64,000 nucleotides of DNA from Candidatus Aquivivens invisus (GTDB lineage: Bacteria; Omnitrophota; Gorgyraeia; Aquiviventales; Aquiviventaceae). Under the pieces are notes generated by a model, which was not told the DNA's origin, made no database searches, and was given only the letters and a program-made list of their open reading frames with translations. The position numbers and the translations under genes were made by a program. Below are positions 8,925 to 21,777 of this stretch, piece after piece (the first letter of the stretch is position 1; each line of letters begins with the position of its first letter). The DNA is taken from assembly GCA_001804415.1 (NCBI GenBank), contig MHGA01000031.1, positions 10,788-74,787 of the forward strand. Direction: 5' to 3'.

Positions 8925-9911
8925 ATGGCTGAAGAGATCGTCGCGCTTCGCAGCGAGCAGGAGTTGCGCTCGCTCTTCGGGCCGCGTGACCAGCATCTTC
9001 GGCGCATCGAGCAGGCCCTGGGTGTGACGATCGTCTCGCGGCACGAAGGCCTCAAGATCAGCGGCGAGCCTGCGGCGATTGCGAAAACCAAGCAATTGTT
9101 CGAGGATCTGCTGGTGATTGTCCGCTCCGGCGCTCCCATTCGGAAGGACGATCTCGATTACGCCATCAAAGCCACCCTCCAACCCCAGATGGTGCAGCTG
9201 CGCCAGATTTACAGCGAGCGGATCGAAGTGCCTTCGAGGCGGCGGTTCATCATTCCACGCACCCCCGGACAAAAACTGTATGTCGAGGCGATGCGCGCCC
9301 ACGACGTGGTGTTCGCGGTCGGGCCTGCGGGCACTGGCAAAACGTATCTCGCGATGGCGATGGCGGTTGCCCATCTCACCAAAGGAGAGGTGTCGCGCAT
9401 TATTCTTACTCGTCCGGCCGTCGAGGCGGGGGAGCGGTTGGGGTTCTTGCCCGGCGATCTGCAAGAAAAAATCAACCCGTATCTGCGGCCCCTCTATGAC
9501 GCCCTGTATGACATGATGGAGATCGACGCGATCCAGCGGTATCTCGACCGCGGCATCATCGAGGTCGCCCCGCTCGCCTACATGCGCGGGAGGACGCTCA
9601 ACGACGCCTTCATCATCCTTGATGAAGCCCAGAACTCGACCAGCGAGCAGATGAAAATGTTCCTGACCCGCCTCGGGTTTGACTCGAAAGCAGTGGTGAC
9701 CGGAGACATCACCCAGGTGGACTTGCCTCCGACGCGGCTCTCCGGGTTGATCCACGTGACAGAGATTTTGCGCAGCGTGCCAGGCTTGAAGTTCGTGACG
9801 TTCGACGGACGGGATGTGGTGCGGCACGAGCTGGTGCAGGAGATTATTCGGGCGTACGACGCCGCGGAGCGGAACAACCACGGCAAGCGCGGCGGCGGAG
9901 CGCCCCGCTGA
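8925..9911 (+). CDS. ybeZ: PhoH-like ATPase (YbeZ)
   Basis: KH-like N-terminus, Walker A GPAGTGKTYLAMAMAV, and PhoH C-terminal conservation. Confidence 0.9.
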   Translation: MAEEIVALRSEQELRSLFGPRDQHLRRIEQALGVTIVSRHEGLKISGEPAAIAKTKQLFEDLLVIVRSGAPIRKDDLDYAIKATLQPQMVQLRQIYSERIEVPSRRRFIIPRTPGQKLYVEAMRAHDVVFAVGPAGTGKTYLAMAMAVAHLTKGEVSRIILTRPAVEAGERLGFLPGDLQEKINPYLRPLYDALYDMMEIDAIQRYLDRGIIEVAPLAYMRGRTLNDAFIILDEAQNSTSEQMKMFLTRLGFDSKAVVTGDITQVDLPPTRLSGLIHVTEILRSVPGLKFVTFDGRDVVRHELVQEIIRAYDAAERNNHGKRGGGAPR

Positions 9912-9916
9912 TCCGC

Positions 9917-10366
9917 GTGGTCAATTGCCAACGCCGGCGCGCGGTGCCGCTCACCTGGTTGCGCCGCCTGGCGACTCGCGCGGCGGCCATCGTGGGGATC
10001 CGGCAGGACGTGGTGCTGGTGGTTTCGTTTATTGAGGACCGCATGATGACCAACCTCCATGAACAATTTTTGGGGCGGCCCATCCCCACTGACGTCTTAA
10101 CGTTTCGGTATCCCAGGGGACCGGCCACGAGCCACCCGCGCCATGAGGCGGTCGTGCAGGGGGAGATCCTCATCTCCCCGACAGCCGCTTGGCGTTATGC
10201 TCGGCGGCATCGGCTGTCGTACCGCACCGAGTTGGCCCGATACGTCGTCCACGGTCTGCTCCATTGGCTCGGCCATGACGACCGGACGACCGTGCAGCAG
10301 CGCCGGATGCGCGCCATGGAAGATAAGGTCCTGTCCCGTGTTCGCCATGGGCATCCACACGGCTGA
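9917..10366 (+). CDS. ybeY: Endoribonuclease YbeY (16S rRNA maturation)
   Basis: Conserved H..H.....H zinc motif VVHGLLHWLGHDD; 149 aa; classic phoH-ybeY adjacency. Confidence 0.9.
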   Translation: MVNCQRRRAVPLTWLRRLATRAAAIVGIRQDVVLVVSFIEDRMMTNLHEQFLGRPIPTDVLTFRYPRGPATSHPRHEAVVQGEILISPTAAWRYARRHRLSYRTELARYVVHGLLHWLGHDDRTTVQQRRMRAMEDKVLSRVRHGHPHG

Positions 10367-11072
10367 CGCGATTGTCTTGCGCCGGTACCCGTACCGGGAA
10401 ACCAGTGTCCTCGTGACCTGTCTGACGGATCGCTTCGGCAAGATCAAGGGGCTGGTGAAAGGGTTGCGCGTCCCGGTGAGCCGTCATCGCAGCGCGATGG
10501 AGCCGCTGACGCTGAATCGGCTGGTCTTCTACGACACGCGGTCCAGCTCGCTGCATCTCATCAGCCAGTGCGACCTGCTGGAGGCGTTTCCATCGATCCA
10601 GCGGGAGCTCGAGGTCGCCCGCGTCGCCGCGTCCTGTATCGAGGTGGTTGATGCCGTGCTCGAACCGGAGGAACCGCAAGCAGACATCTTTCGCTTGACG
10701 CGAGACACCCTCAACCGGCTGGCGGGCTCCGTGCCGTCGCTGCCGTCGGTGTGGATCCATTTTGTCGTCCGGCTCTTGAGGCTGGTGGGGTTCCACCCGC
10801 AGCTCGATGAGTGCACCGGCTGCAGCCGGCAGCCCACGAGACGAGGCTTTTGGAGCGTGGGGCAAGGCGGGGTGGTCTGTGAGGCCTGCCTGCACCACGA
10901 TCCCTCTGCGGAGCCGATCGAAGGAGACTGGGTCGATGAGCTGGTAGGCTGCGGCGAGAGCGACGGCCCCGTGTGGACGCTGCAACACGGCCCCATGCTC
11001 GTGCGACGCCTGAACGAGTTTCTCTCTTGGCGCGTGGAGCGGCCGTTAAAGACCATCCGGAGCGCCCGATGA
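10347..11072 (+). CDS. recO: DNA repair protein RecO
   Basis: N-terminal OB fold ([18 protein letters not shown]...GK), C-terminal Zn motif CTGCSR...VCEAC. Start at internal ATG 10347, which overlaps the ybeY 3' end by 20 nt. Confidence 0.8.
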   Translation: MGIHTADAIVLRRYPYRETSVLVTCLTDRFGKIKGLVKGLRVPVSRHRSAMEPLTLNRLVFYDTRSSSLHLISQCDLLEAFPSIQRELEVARVAASCIEVVDAVLEPEEPQADIFRLTRDTLNRLAGSVPSLPSVWIHFVVRLLRLVGFHPQLDECTGCSRQPTRRGFWSVGQGGVVCEACLHHDPSAEPIEGDWVDELVGCGESDGPVWTLQHGPMLVRRLNEFLSWRVERPLKTIRSAR

Positions 11073-11983
11073 ACCTCCAAGGGTTGATCAGGACCCTTGA
11101 GAGCTTCTGGGAGCGCCAGGGCTGCGCCATCGTCCAGCCGTACGACATCGAGATGGGGGCGGGCACGTTCCACCCAGCCACGTTTTTCGGGGCGCTCGGT
11201 CCCAAGCCGTGGCGGGTGGCCTACGTGCAGCCGTCTCGTCGGCCCACCGATGGCCGGTACGCCGAGAATCCGTTGCGCATGCAGCGGTACTATCAGTACC
11301 AGGTGCTCATTAAACCCACGGTCGACGACATCCAACAGCTCTACCTCAAGAGCCTGCGCGCCTGCGGCATCAGGCTCGAAGACCACGACATCCGCTTCGT
11401 GCAGGACGACTGGGAATCGCCCACGCTCGGCGCCTGGGGGCTGGGGTGGGAGGTATGGCTCGACTCCCTCGAGGTGACCCAGTTTACGTATTTCCAGCAA
11501 GTCGGCGGGGTTGACGTGGAGCGCGTGTCCTGCGAGATCACCTACGGCATAGAACGCATCGCGATGTTTGCACTAGGCCTACATGATGTCTATCAACTCC
11601 CCTGGGCCGCAGGCACGTCGTACGGCGACCTGCATCGGGACACCGAACGGCAGGGTTCGGCCTACAACTTCGAACACGCCACCGTCCCGTTCTATCAGGA
11701 GTTGTTTCAGCAGCACTGGCAAGAAGCCGACAGACTATTGAAGGTCGGACAGCAACATCCGGAGTTGAAATGCGGTCTGTTGTACCCGGCATACGAGCAG
11801 CTCCTGAAGTGCAGCCACGCCTTCAACATGCTGGACGCACGCGGGGCGATTAGCCAGTCGGACAGGCCCCGCTTCGTGTTGCGCATCCGGATGCTGGCTA
11901 GGCGCTGCGCCGACGCTTACCTCGGTGAGGAAAGAGTCCAACAGTTCGTTAACGAAGTTGTAAAGGCGCCAGATGCCGCGTAA
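11069..11983 (+). CDS. glyQ: Glycyl-tRNA synthetase alpha subunit
   Basis: MNLQGLI..L..FW...GC...[15 protein letters not shown] is canonical GlyQ. The ATG overlaps the recO TGA (ATGA). Confidence 0.95.
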   Translation: MNLQGLIRTLESFWERQGCAIVQPYDIEMGAGTFHPATFFGALGPKPWRVAYVQPSRRPTDGRYAENPLRMQRYYQYQVLIKPTVDDIQQLYLKSLRACGIRLEDHDIRFVQDDWESPTLGAWGLGWEVWLDSLEVTQFTYFQQVGGVDVERVSCEITYGIERIAMFALGLHDVYQLPWAAGTSYGDLHRDTERQGSAYNFEHATVPFYQELFQQHWQEADRLLKVGQQHPELKCGLLYPAYEQLLKCSHAFNMLDARGAISQSDRPRFVLRIRMLARRCADAYLGEERVQQFVNEVVKAPDAA

Positions 11984-14093
11984 GTTGCCCCTCGAAGAAA
12001 CTCTGTTGGTCGAGATCGGCACCGAAGAGCTGCCAGCGGCGTACCTCGACGGCGCGATCGCTCAACTACGCGATGACGGCCAACGGCTGCTCGATGAAGC
12101 GCATCTCGTGCACGGCGCCGTAGAATCTTTCGGGACCCTGCGCCGCTTGGTCATGATTGTCCGCGGGCTCAGTGCCTTCCAGCGCAATCCGGCCGAACAG
12201 ATCCGCGGACCGTCCAAGCAGGTTGCCTTCGGCCCCGATGGCAAGCCGACGCAAGCCCTGTTGGGGTTCTTGCGCGCCCGCGGCGGCACGCTCGGGCAGC
12301 TCAAGACTGTCGCTACTGAGAGAGGGGAGTACCTCCATTTCTTAAAGCCGGCCTCTACGGTGTCATCGATCAAGGTTTTGCCTGAATTGATTCAGCACCT
12401 CATTAGCGGACTGCGGTTTCCCAAAACGATGCGGTGGGACGCAAGTGGTTTCCGTTTCGCGCGGCCCGTACGGTGGCTGCTGGTTCTCGATGGTTCAACG
12501 CCGGTGCGCGTGACGGTGGGGCGGCTGACAAGCGGCCGCGTGACACGGGTTGGAGGACCGAAGAAACCGAAAGCGGTGGCCGTGGGTTCGGTTTCCGCGT
12601 ACCACACCGCATTGAAACGGGATGGCATTATGCTCGACCAGCAGGCTCGGCGGCAGCGTATCGACCAGCTCGTCCGTACGGCAGGGAAGAAGACTGGTGG
12701 CGTGGTCGCGCCTGAGATGATTACGCACGGCTTGCTCGATGAGGTCGCCGGCCTTACGGAGCGACCCGTCCCACTGGTCGGCCGCTTTGACCCCAAGTAT
12801 CTGGCGTTGCCGCGCGAGGTGTTGCTGGCCAGCATGGCAAAGCACCAACGGGTGTTTGCCGTGCAGTCGGCTTCCGGCAAGCTGCTGCCGGCGTTCGTGG
12901 CCATCCTCGATGGGGCTCCGCGCAAACCCGCCGCGATCCGCGCCGTCATGGAGCGCATCCTTAACGCCCGCCTTGCCGATAGCCTGTTGTTCTTTGAGCA
13001 GGACCGGAAGACGCCTCTGAAGAGCGCCGCCCTCGCGGGCGTGACCTTTCACGAAAAACTAGGCTCCATGGAAGACAAGACCCAGCGGATGCGCAAACTG
13101 ATTGATCCCCTGGCAAGCGCCTGGAGACTGTCGGACGGTGAACGCACACAGCTTGAACGGGCGTGCGCGCTCGCAAAAGGCGACTTGGTGACGACAATGG
13201 TCAAGGAATTTCCAACGCTCCAGGGTGTGATGGGGAAGCACTACGCGTTGGGTGACGGCGAGCCACGGGAGGTCGCGATGGCCATCGGGGAACATTACCT
13301 GCCGTTGGCAGGCCGTTCGCCGGAAACGCTGCTGGGCAGTGCGCTATCGGTCCTCGATAAATACGACACCCTCGCCAGCTACTTCCATATCGGCATCGAG
13401 CCGACCGGCGACCAGGACCCCTTCGGGTTGCGCCGCGCGGCGCAGGGTATCATCGAGGTGGCCTGGCTGGTTCGTCGTCCGCTTCCTTGTGGCGCGTTGT
13501 TTGCTCCCTGGCAAGCCGCCGCGACCCGGCTTGCTCACGGCAAGGCGCATCTCGCCGAGCAGGTGAAGACCTATCTCCTCGAGCGTCTCTATACCTTCGC
13601 GTGGCCGAAGCCGGTGCCCACAAGAGACATCATCGACGCCGTCCTCGCCAGCCGCCCGGACGATCTGGTTGATGCTATGGAGCGCATCATCAGCCTCACG
13701 CGGTTCAACGGCAACCGCGCGCTCTTGAAGGCGGCGAAGGTCATCGAACGGACCGCCAACATCCTCAAAGGAGCCAAGCAGATCCCGCAGGGCGAGCCGG
13801 ATCCTTCAAAGTTCCAAGACGCGCTGGAAGGGAAGCTGTGGAATCTGCTGAGCACCCGCAGACGAGACATCGACACCCTCATTGCCAAGCAATCGTACGG
13901 GGAGGCGACGACCCTGTACGGAGAGGTGTTCTTCGAACCGCTGCATGAGTTTTTCGCGAAGGTCATGGTGAACGTCAAGGATCCGCAGATCCAGCAGAAC
14001 CGCCTCGCGTTGATGCGCAGCATCAATACGTTGTATACTGACCGAGTTGCTGATCTGTCCAAACTCGCTATTCTCGAGGAGGGAACAGTCTGA
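11973..14093 (+). CDS. glyS: Glycyl-tRNA synthetase beta subunit
   Basis: 706 aa; [12 protein letters not shown]-terminus typical of GlyS; overlaps glyQ end by 11 nt. Confidence 0.9.
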   Translation: MPRKLPLEETLLVEIGTEELPAAYLDGAIAQLRDDGQRLLDEAHLVHGAVESFGTLRRLVMIVRGLSAFQRNPAEQIRGPSKQVAFGPDGKPTQALLGFLRARGGTLGQLKTVATERGEYLHFLKPASTVSSIKVLPELIQHLISGLRFPKTMRWDASGFRFARPVRWLLVLDGSTPVRVTVGRLTSGRVTRVGGPKKPKAVAVGSVSAYHTALKRDGIMLDQQARRQRIDQLVRTAGKKTGGVVAPEMITHGLLDEVAGLTERPVPLVGRFDPKYLALPREVLLASMAKHQRVFAVQSASGKLLPAFVAILDGAPRKPAAIRAVMERILNARLADSLLFFEQDRKTPLKSAALAGVTFHEKLGSMEDKTQRMRKLIDPLASAWRLSDGERTQLERACALAKGDLVTTMVKEFPTLQGVMGKHYALGDGEPREVAMAIGEHYLPLAGRSPETLLGSALSVLDKYDTLASYFHIGIEPTGDQDPFGLRRAAQGIIEVAWLVRRPLPCGALFAPWQAAATRLAHGKAHLAEQVKTYLLERLYTFAWPKPVPTRDIIDAVLASRPDDLVDAMERIISLTRFNGNRALLKAAKVIERTANILKGAKQIPQGEPDPSKFQDALEGKLWNLLSTRRRDIDTLIAKQSYGEATTLYGEVFFEPLHEFFAKVMVNVKDPQIQQNRLALMRSINTLYTDRVADLSKLAILEEGTV

Positions 14094-14094
14094 C

Positions 14095-16902
<2,808 letters not shown>

Positions 16903-16903
16903 T

Positions 16904-17003
16904 TAGTGACCAGTGACTGGTGATCAGTGAAAGATAAAAACAGGATCACATGAGTGACTCATGGCGGCAGTATTTTTACTAGTCACTCGTCACTCGTCAC
17001 TCG
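16904..17003. repeat. Inverted heptamer-array element, AGTGACN family: 5' arm tagtgaccagtgactggtgatcagtga, inner palindrome catgagtGactcatg, 3' arm (CGTCACT)x3
   Basis: Read directly. Same architecture as the CAGACNT elements but with a different heptamer. Lies between the ppdK stop and the sigma-factor start. Confidence 0.5.
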
Positions 17004-17022
17004 CCGAGCGAAGCGAGGCGTG

Positions 17023-17832
17023 ATGGAACCGATTCGGGCGTACCTGAAAGATATCAAGTCCATCGCGTTGCTGACCGCGAGGCAAGAGATTGAGTTAGCC
17101 AATCGGATCAAGCGGGGGGACACGAAGGCCAAGCGCCAGATGACGCTGGCCAACCTGCGCCTGGTGATCAATATCGCCAAGCGGTATTCGCACCTCGGCG
17201 TGCCGTTGCTGGACCTCATCGAGGAAGGCAACCTCGGGCTCATGAAGGCGGTCACCAAATACAATCCGCACAAGGGCTTTCGCTTCTCCACCTACGCCGC
17301 GTGGTGGATCCGCCAGTACATCACCCGCGCCATCGCCAACCAAGGCAAGACGGTTCGCATCCCCGTCTACATGACGGAGGTGCTGTCGAAATTCAAGCGG
17401 GTGACGGAGGAGCTCACTCAGAAGCACGGGCGCCGGCCAACCGTGCGCGAGCTGGCCAGGCGCATGCGCGTACCAATCGAGCGGATCGAGCGGTTGCAGG
17501 AGCTGGTCACCTCATCGCAGCCCACGTCCCTTGAGACGCCGGTGGGGGAGGAGGGTGAGACCGAAATGATCGATCTCATCCAGGATGAGACCGGGCGCTC
17601 GCCCCAAGACGATGTCACGCAATTCCTCCAGCACGAAGGGATCACCGACCTGCTTGCGCACATGAGCGAACGCGAACGCCGGATTGTGACGTTGCGTTAT
17701 GGCCTGGATGACGGGATCAGCCGTACGCTGGGGGAGACCGCCAAGCAGTTTGGTATTACGCGGGAACGCGTCCGGCAGATCGAGGCGGCCGCCATCCGCA
17801 AGCTTCGCGCGTTGCTGTCCAAGCCCCAGTAG
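17023..17832 (+). CDS. RNA polymerase sigma factor, sigma-70 family (group 2/3-like, 269 aa)
   Basis: Region 2 motifs LVINIAKRY...LDLIEEGNLGLMKAV.K..P..GFRFSTYA.WWIRQ.I and region 4 HTH TL.E.A..FG.TRERVRQIE. Start taken at MEPIRAY. Confidence 0.85.
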   Translation: MEPIRAYLKDIKSIALLTARQEIELANRIKRGDTKAKRQMTLANLRLVINIAKRYSHLGVPLLDLIEEGNLGLMKAVTKYNPHKGFRFSTYAAWWIRQYITRAIANQGKTVRIPVYMTEVLSKFKRVTEELTQKHGRRPTVRELARRMRVPIERIERLQELVTSSQPTSLETPVGEEGETEMIDLIQDETGRSPQDDVTQFLQHEGITDLLAHMSERERRIVTLRYGLDDGISRTLGETAKQFGITRERVRQIEAAAIRKLRALLSKPQ

Positions 17833-17898
17833 CTCAGATATGGATAGAGCAGCGGTTTCCTAAACCGCGTGTCGGCCGTTCGAATCGGCCCTGGGGCA
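17823..17898 (+). tRNA. tRNA-Arg (anticodon CCT)
   Basis: Manual fold: acceptor GCCCCAG/CTGGGGC, D-stem GCTC/GAGC, anticodon stem GCGGT/ACCGC with loop TTCCTAA (U33, CCT, A37), T-arm GGCCG-TTCGAAT-CGGCC, discriminator A; CCA not encoded. The 5' end overlaps the last 10 nt of the sigma-factor ORF. Confidence 0.85.
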
Positions 17899-17986
17899 TC
17901 CTTATATAGACCAAGAAAAGCCAGCAAACGCTGCATAACCATGTATAGGGGATGTCACAGGAATGTAACAGATATGTAAAAAATGC

Positions 17987-18015
17987 TTGACAAGTTCCTG
18001 GCTGTTTCTTATAGT
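17987..18015 (+). promoter_or_regulatory. Sigma-70-type promoter (TTGACA-17-TATAGT) in AT-rich region upstream of OMP gene
   Basis: TTGACA 17987-17992, 17-nt spacer, TATAGT 18010-18015; RBS AGGAGG before the ATG at 18086. Confidence 0.5.
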
Positions 18016-18085
18016 TGAGAGAACTTCTCAAGGCGTGATTACGTAGGGCATGCGTGGAGGCACGTTGCAACAAGGAGGTTGGAAT

Positions 18086-19519
18086 ATGTTGAAGGCTACG
18101 CTTCGAAGCGCAGTCCTTCTGGGACTTCTGCTGGCGAGCGTCCCCAGCTATGCAGAGGTTCAGAACGTGAAGGTTGGCGGGGATGTGACCGTCCGTGGTT
18201 TCTACCGCCGCAACCTCGATCTTCACGATGAGTCCAGCGGGGAGGGACAGAGCAACGCGGCCCTGGCGGCACGGACCGGTGCGGGCTTAGCGGGGCTTGA
18301 TCGTGAAAGTTTCATCATGAGCACGATCGGGGTCAACATCGGGGCTGACTTGAGCGAGAACGTGTCCGCCATTATCCGTCTGGCCAACGAGCGCAATTGG
18401 GATAGCACCACCGGTGGTGACACCACGGATCTTGACATCAGCCAAGCCTACCTGACTCTGAAAGAACTGTTCTACACGCCGCTGACGGTCCGAATTGGGA
18501 CGCAACCAATCGTGTGGGGCCGTGGGTTCGTCCTAGGCAGCAATTTGTTTCCGTCAGTCAATAACACGGGCGACGATCGGAACTCCTCGATCTCCGCCAA
18601 TGAGTTCACCGACTTTACGGCCTTCGAGGCGATCCGGGCGACGTTGGACCTCTCCAATCTGGGTGGCCTGAGCCTTCCGCTTACGGCTGACTACGTCTTC
18701 ATCAAAACGGATGAGAACGACGTAAACTCGGCCGACGATGTGAATATCCAGGGCGTCAACCTCAGCACGAAACTGGATGCCGCGAGTTCAGAGGTCGAGA
18801 CGTACTTCGTGAACAAACGTGATCGGGCTAGCGGGACGCCGGTAAACGGCAGCTTTGGGTCTGTGAGCACCCTGGGGGTTCGTGGGAGCGCGCAACCGAT
18901 CCAAGGGCTCTACACGTACGGGGAGCTTGCCTATCAGATGGGCAAGAACGGCACGGATCCTGAGGGGTTCGAGGTGGTGGGTGACAGTCACCAGGCCTGG
19001 GCCGCGAATCTGGGTGGGGATTACACGTTTGCAGAAGTCACCGGCAGCCCGAAGCTGGGCTTGGAGTGGCGATACTACTCTGGCAAACAAATGCCCAACG
19101 GCGGCGTCGCGAAAGGTGGATGGGCCGCGGTCGCTCCTGGCTATTTCACCACGGCCTTGCGAGAATTCCAGACCCGAAACACCGTGGTCGGTTTCTACCC
19201 CGTCGACCACGCAAATATCACGTCTACGGGAACGAACCAGCATGAGGTCGCGATCTACAGCAGCTTCGCTCCCCTTGAGGATCTCGTGGTCTCTCCTCGA
19301 TTATCGTGGTTTGTGCTGGATAAAGGAACCCCTTCCGAGGATGGCGCCAAGCCAAAGAGCTTCCTCGGGACCGAGTGGGACACGAACATCGTCTACAACT
19401 ACACCGAGGATGTCCAGCTGGGGCTGCTCTATGCCCTGTTTGCTCCTGGGCATGTGTTCCGTGACCCGGCAGATGCCACTGCTCAGGAAGTCGTGACCAC
19501 GGTGAGTGTGAAGTTCTAA
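18086..19519 (+). CDS. Outer-membrane beta-barrel protein (putative porin), Sec signal peptide
   Basis: Signal peptide MLKATLRSAVLLGLLLASVPSYA|EV. Alternating amphipathic beta-strand pattern, many Gly/aromatic residues, C-terminal ...VSVKF (terminal Phe typical of OMPs). Confidence 0.7.
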   Translation: MLKATLRSAVLLGLLLASVPSYAEVQNVKVGGDVTVRGFYRRNLDLHDESSGEGQSNAALAARTGAGLAGLDRESFIMSTIGVNIGADLSENVSAIIRLANERNWDSTTGGDTTDLDISQAYLTLKELFYTPLTVRIGTQPIVWGRGFVLGSNLFPSVNNTGDDRNSSISANEFTDFTAFEAIRATLDLSNLGGLSLPLTADYVFIKTDENDVNSADDVNIQGVNLSTKLDAASSEVETYFVNKRDRASGTPVNGSFGSVSTLGVRGSAQPIQGLYTYGELAYQMGKNGTDPEGFEVVGDSHQAWAANLGGDYTFAEVTGSPKLGLEWRYYSGKQMPNGGVAKGGWAAVAPGYFTTALREFQTRNTVVGFYPVDHANITSTGTNQHEVAIYSSFAPLEDLVVSPRLSWFVLDKGTPSEDGAKPKSFLGTEWDTNIVYNYTEDVQLGLLYALFAPGHVFRDPADATAQEVVTTVSVKF

Positions 19520-19552
19520 ACCTCACGACCCGGGGCGACGAAATAGATTGAA

Positions 19553-19586
19553 CCCCCTGCCTCGAAAGGGGCAGGGGGTTTTCTTT
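19553..19586 (+). terminator. Rho-independent terminator after OMP gene
   Basis: aaCCCCCTGCCtcgaaaGGGGCAGGGGGttttcttt: GC stem followed by a T-run. Confidence 0.7.
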
Positions 19587-19592
19587 AGACCC

Positions 19593-21701
19593 ATGACCTC
19601 CCACCCCCTCTACGTCGCCTTCATCTGGCACATGCACCAACCGTATTACCGGGACCTCCGGACGGGCGAATGCACCATGCCCTGGGTGCGCCTCCATGCG
19701 ACGAAGGATTACCTCGATATGGTGAAACTTCTTGAGGAATTTCCTTCGGTGCATCAGACGTTCAATTTCGTCCCAAGCCTGCTTGATCAACTGCAAGCGT
19801 ACCTCCCGCCGAGCAACCGTACGGATTCGTTCCTTGACCTATCCAGAAAACCGGCTGCGGACCTTACCGATGACGACAAGCGTTTTCTCACGATGTGGTT
19901 TTTCTTGGCGAACGAGGACCATATGGTCAAACCTCATCCGCGCTACCATGATTTGCTCATCAAGCGCGGCACGACGAAGCCGTTTAAACCCCAGGACTGC
20001 TTGGATCTCCAGGTGTGGTTCAACCTCGTGTGGATCGATCCCTGGTTGCGTCGACAAGACCCTCAACTGGCGGCGCTTGAAGCCAAGGGGGAACGGTTTG
20101 CCGAGGCGGATAAGCAGCTCGTTCTCGGCAAGCAACTGGAGCTGATTGCCCAAATTCTCCCGACCTACCAGGCCGCTCAGGCCCGCGGCCAGGTCGAGTT
20201 GACTACGTCACCCTACTACCATCCCATCGTCCCGCTGTTGTGCGAGATCCGAAGCGCCCACGCTGCGCTCCCGCACCTGCCGCTTCCGGAGCGCCCCTTC
20301 CGGCACCCGGAAGATGCGCAGTGGCATGTGGGTCAGGCCCTGAAGCGACATGAGGAGGTCTTTGGGGTTCGTCCTCATGGGATGTGGCCACCTGAAGGAG
20401 GGGTGAGCGAGGCGCTGATCGCGTTAACGTTAGCAGCCGGCCTTCGATGGATCGCGACGGACGAGGAAATCCTCTGGCGGACACTCAGAACCGCTCGCGA
20501 TCCTTCGTTATTGTATCGACCTCATGCCGTGACACGCCACGGACAAACGTTAGCCGCGGTCTTCCGGGATCGTGAGCTCTCTGATTTGTTGGGATTCGTC
20601 TACAGCCAGTGGGACGCTGCCCTGGCGGTCAAGGATTTCATGAGTCGATTGCACGCCATCCATCGGCAGGTCCAACATCTGTCAAGTCCGCCGCTGCTCA
20701 CCATCGCGCTCGATGGCGAGAACGCATGGGAGCATTATCCGCAAGACGGCCACGCGTTCCTGCGAGCGCTCTACGGCACGCTTGCCTCTGATGAGCGGAT
20801 TCAAGTCGTCACCGTGAGCGAATTCCTCAACCGGTTCCCGCCGGATCGCTCCTCATCGCTTCCTGAGCTGTTTGCAGGATCCTGGATTGACGGCAATTTC
20901 TCCACGTGGGTTGGCCATCCAGAAAAGAACACGGCGTGGGCGTATCTCAGCAAGACGCGGGAGGCGTTGAGCGCTTCCGCGGATTCAGCGGTCGAGCACG
21001 ATGCCCTCACCAACGCATGGAGGAGTCTCTATATTGCCGAGGGGAGCGACTGGATGTGGTGGTACGGCGACACGCATTACTCCAGCCAGCAAGAAGAGTT
21101 CGATCGGTTGTTCCGCACGCACTTGGCGAATGTGTACCGCTTCTTGGGACAACCGCCCCCTGACGAGCTTGACACGCCGATCAAGCCGGTTACCTCAGCG
21201 CCGAGCTGTGAACCGACGGCGATCATCACCCCCCACATCGACGGACGGCAAACCACCTACTACGAATGGCTCTATGCGGGTCGGATTGATCTGCACAAGC
21301 ACTATGGCGCGCTCCACCGCGGTGGGCAGCTTTGCCATACCCTCTATTACGGTTTCGATGCCACCCACTTCTATTTCCGTCTTGACGTGGAGGCCTCTCA
21401 GCTCACGCCGCTGAATATTTGGAGCATTCAATTCGTCCTGGCGGATCGACACCGGCAGTTCTCCATCCAACACACGCCCGAGGGGCTCACGACGGACGTC
21501 GCCGAACTGCGATGGGCGTTTGAGCGTATCTTAGAAGTGGGCATCCCGCGGGCATGGTTGATGCTCAAACCGGGCGATCTCTTGACCCTTCAGATCACCA
21601 TGTTCCACGGTACGGATCCGTTGGAACGGTACCCCGCCCAAGGAGGGTTTCGCCTGCCGCTTCCACGCGAGGATGTGGAAGCCTCCACATGGTCTGTCTA
21701 G
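19593..21701 (+). CDS. Glycoside hydrolase family 57 protein (alpha-glucan-active; branching enzyme/4-alpha-glucanotransferase-like)
   Basis: GH57 signature regions: IWHMHQPYY (HQP), MWPPEGGVSE (catalytic Glu region), WMWWYGDTHY; 702 aa. Confidence 0.8.
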   Translation: MTSHPLYVAFIWHMHQPYYRDLRTGECTMPWVRLHATKDYLDMVKLLEEFPSVHQTFNFVPSLLDQLQAYLPPSNRTDSFLDLSRKPAADLTDDDKRFLTMWFFLANEDHMVKPHPRYHDLLIKRGTTKPFKPQDCLDLQVWFNLVWIDPWLRRQDPQLAALEAKGERFAEADKQLVLGKQLELIAQILPTYQAAQARGQVELTTSPYYHPIVPLLCEIRSAHAALPHLPLPERPFRHPEDAQWHVGQALKRHEEVFGVRPHGMWPPEGGVSEALIALTLAAGLRWIATDEEILWRTLRTARDPSLLYRPHAVTRHGQTLAAVFRDRELSDLLGFVYSQWDAALAVKDFMSRLHAIHRQVQHLSSPPLLTIALDGENAWEHYPQDGHAFLRALYGTLASDERIQVVTVSEFLNRFPPDRSSSLPELFAGSWIDGNFSTWVGHPEKNTAWAYLSKTREALSASADSAVEHDALTNAWRSLYIAEGSDWMWWYGDTHYSSQQEEFDRLFRTHLANVYRFLGQPPPDELDTPIKPVTSAPSCEPTAIITPHIDGRQTTYYEWLYAGRIDLHKHYGALHRGGQLCHTLYYGFDATHFYFRLDVEASQLTPLNIWSIQFVLADRHRQFSIQHTPEGLTTDVAELRWAFERILEVGIPRAWLMLKPGDLLTLQITMFHGTDPLERYPAQGGFRLPLPREDVEASTWSV

Positions 21702-21717
21702 CATCGTCCGAGCTGCT

Positions 21718-21746
21718 GTTGATTTTCCGTCGATAACCACCTATAA
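21718..21746 (+). promoter_or_regulatory. Sigma-70-type promoter TTGATT-17-TATAAT upstream of ino1
   Basis: TTGATT 21718-21723, 17-nt spacer, TATAAT 21741-21746; ATG at 21778. Confidence 0.45.
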
Positions 21747-21777
21747 TGGATTGAATTTATCGTCGTATCCATCCAGC

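Noticed and set aside
10143-10346. Long N-terminal extension of the recO ORF (start at 10143) overlapping most of ybeY.
   Set aside because: RecO homology (OB-fold N-terminus [16 protein letters not shown]...) begins at the internal ATG 10347. The extension is out-of-frame overlap with ybeY.
16954-17022. Annotated ORF start of the sigma factor at 16954 (MTHGGSIFTSHSSLVTRR...).
   Set aside because: These codons are the translation of the heptamer-repeat element. Conserved sigma region 1.2 begins at MEPIRAY (17023).
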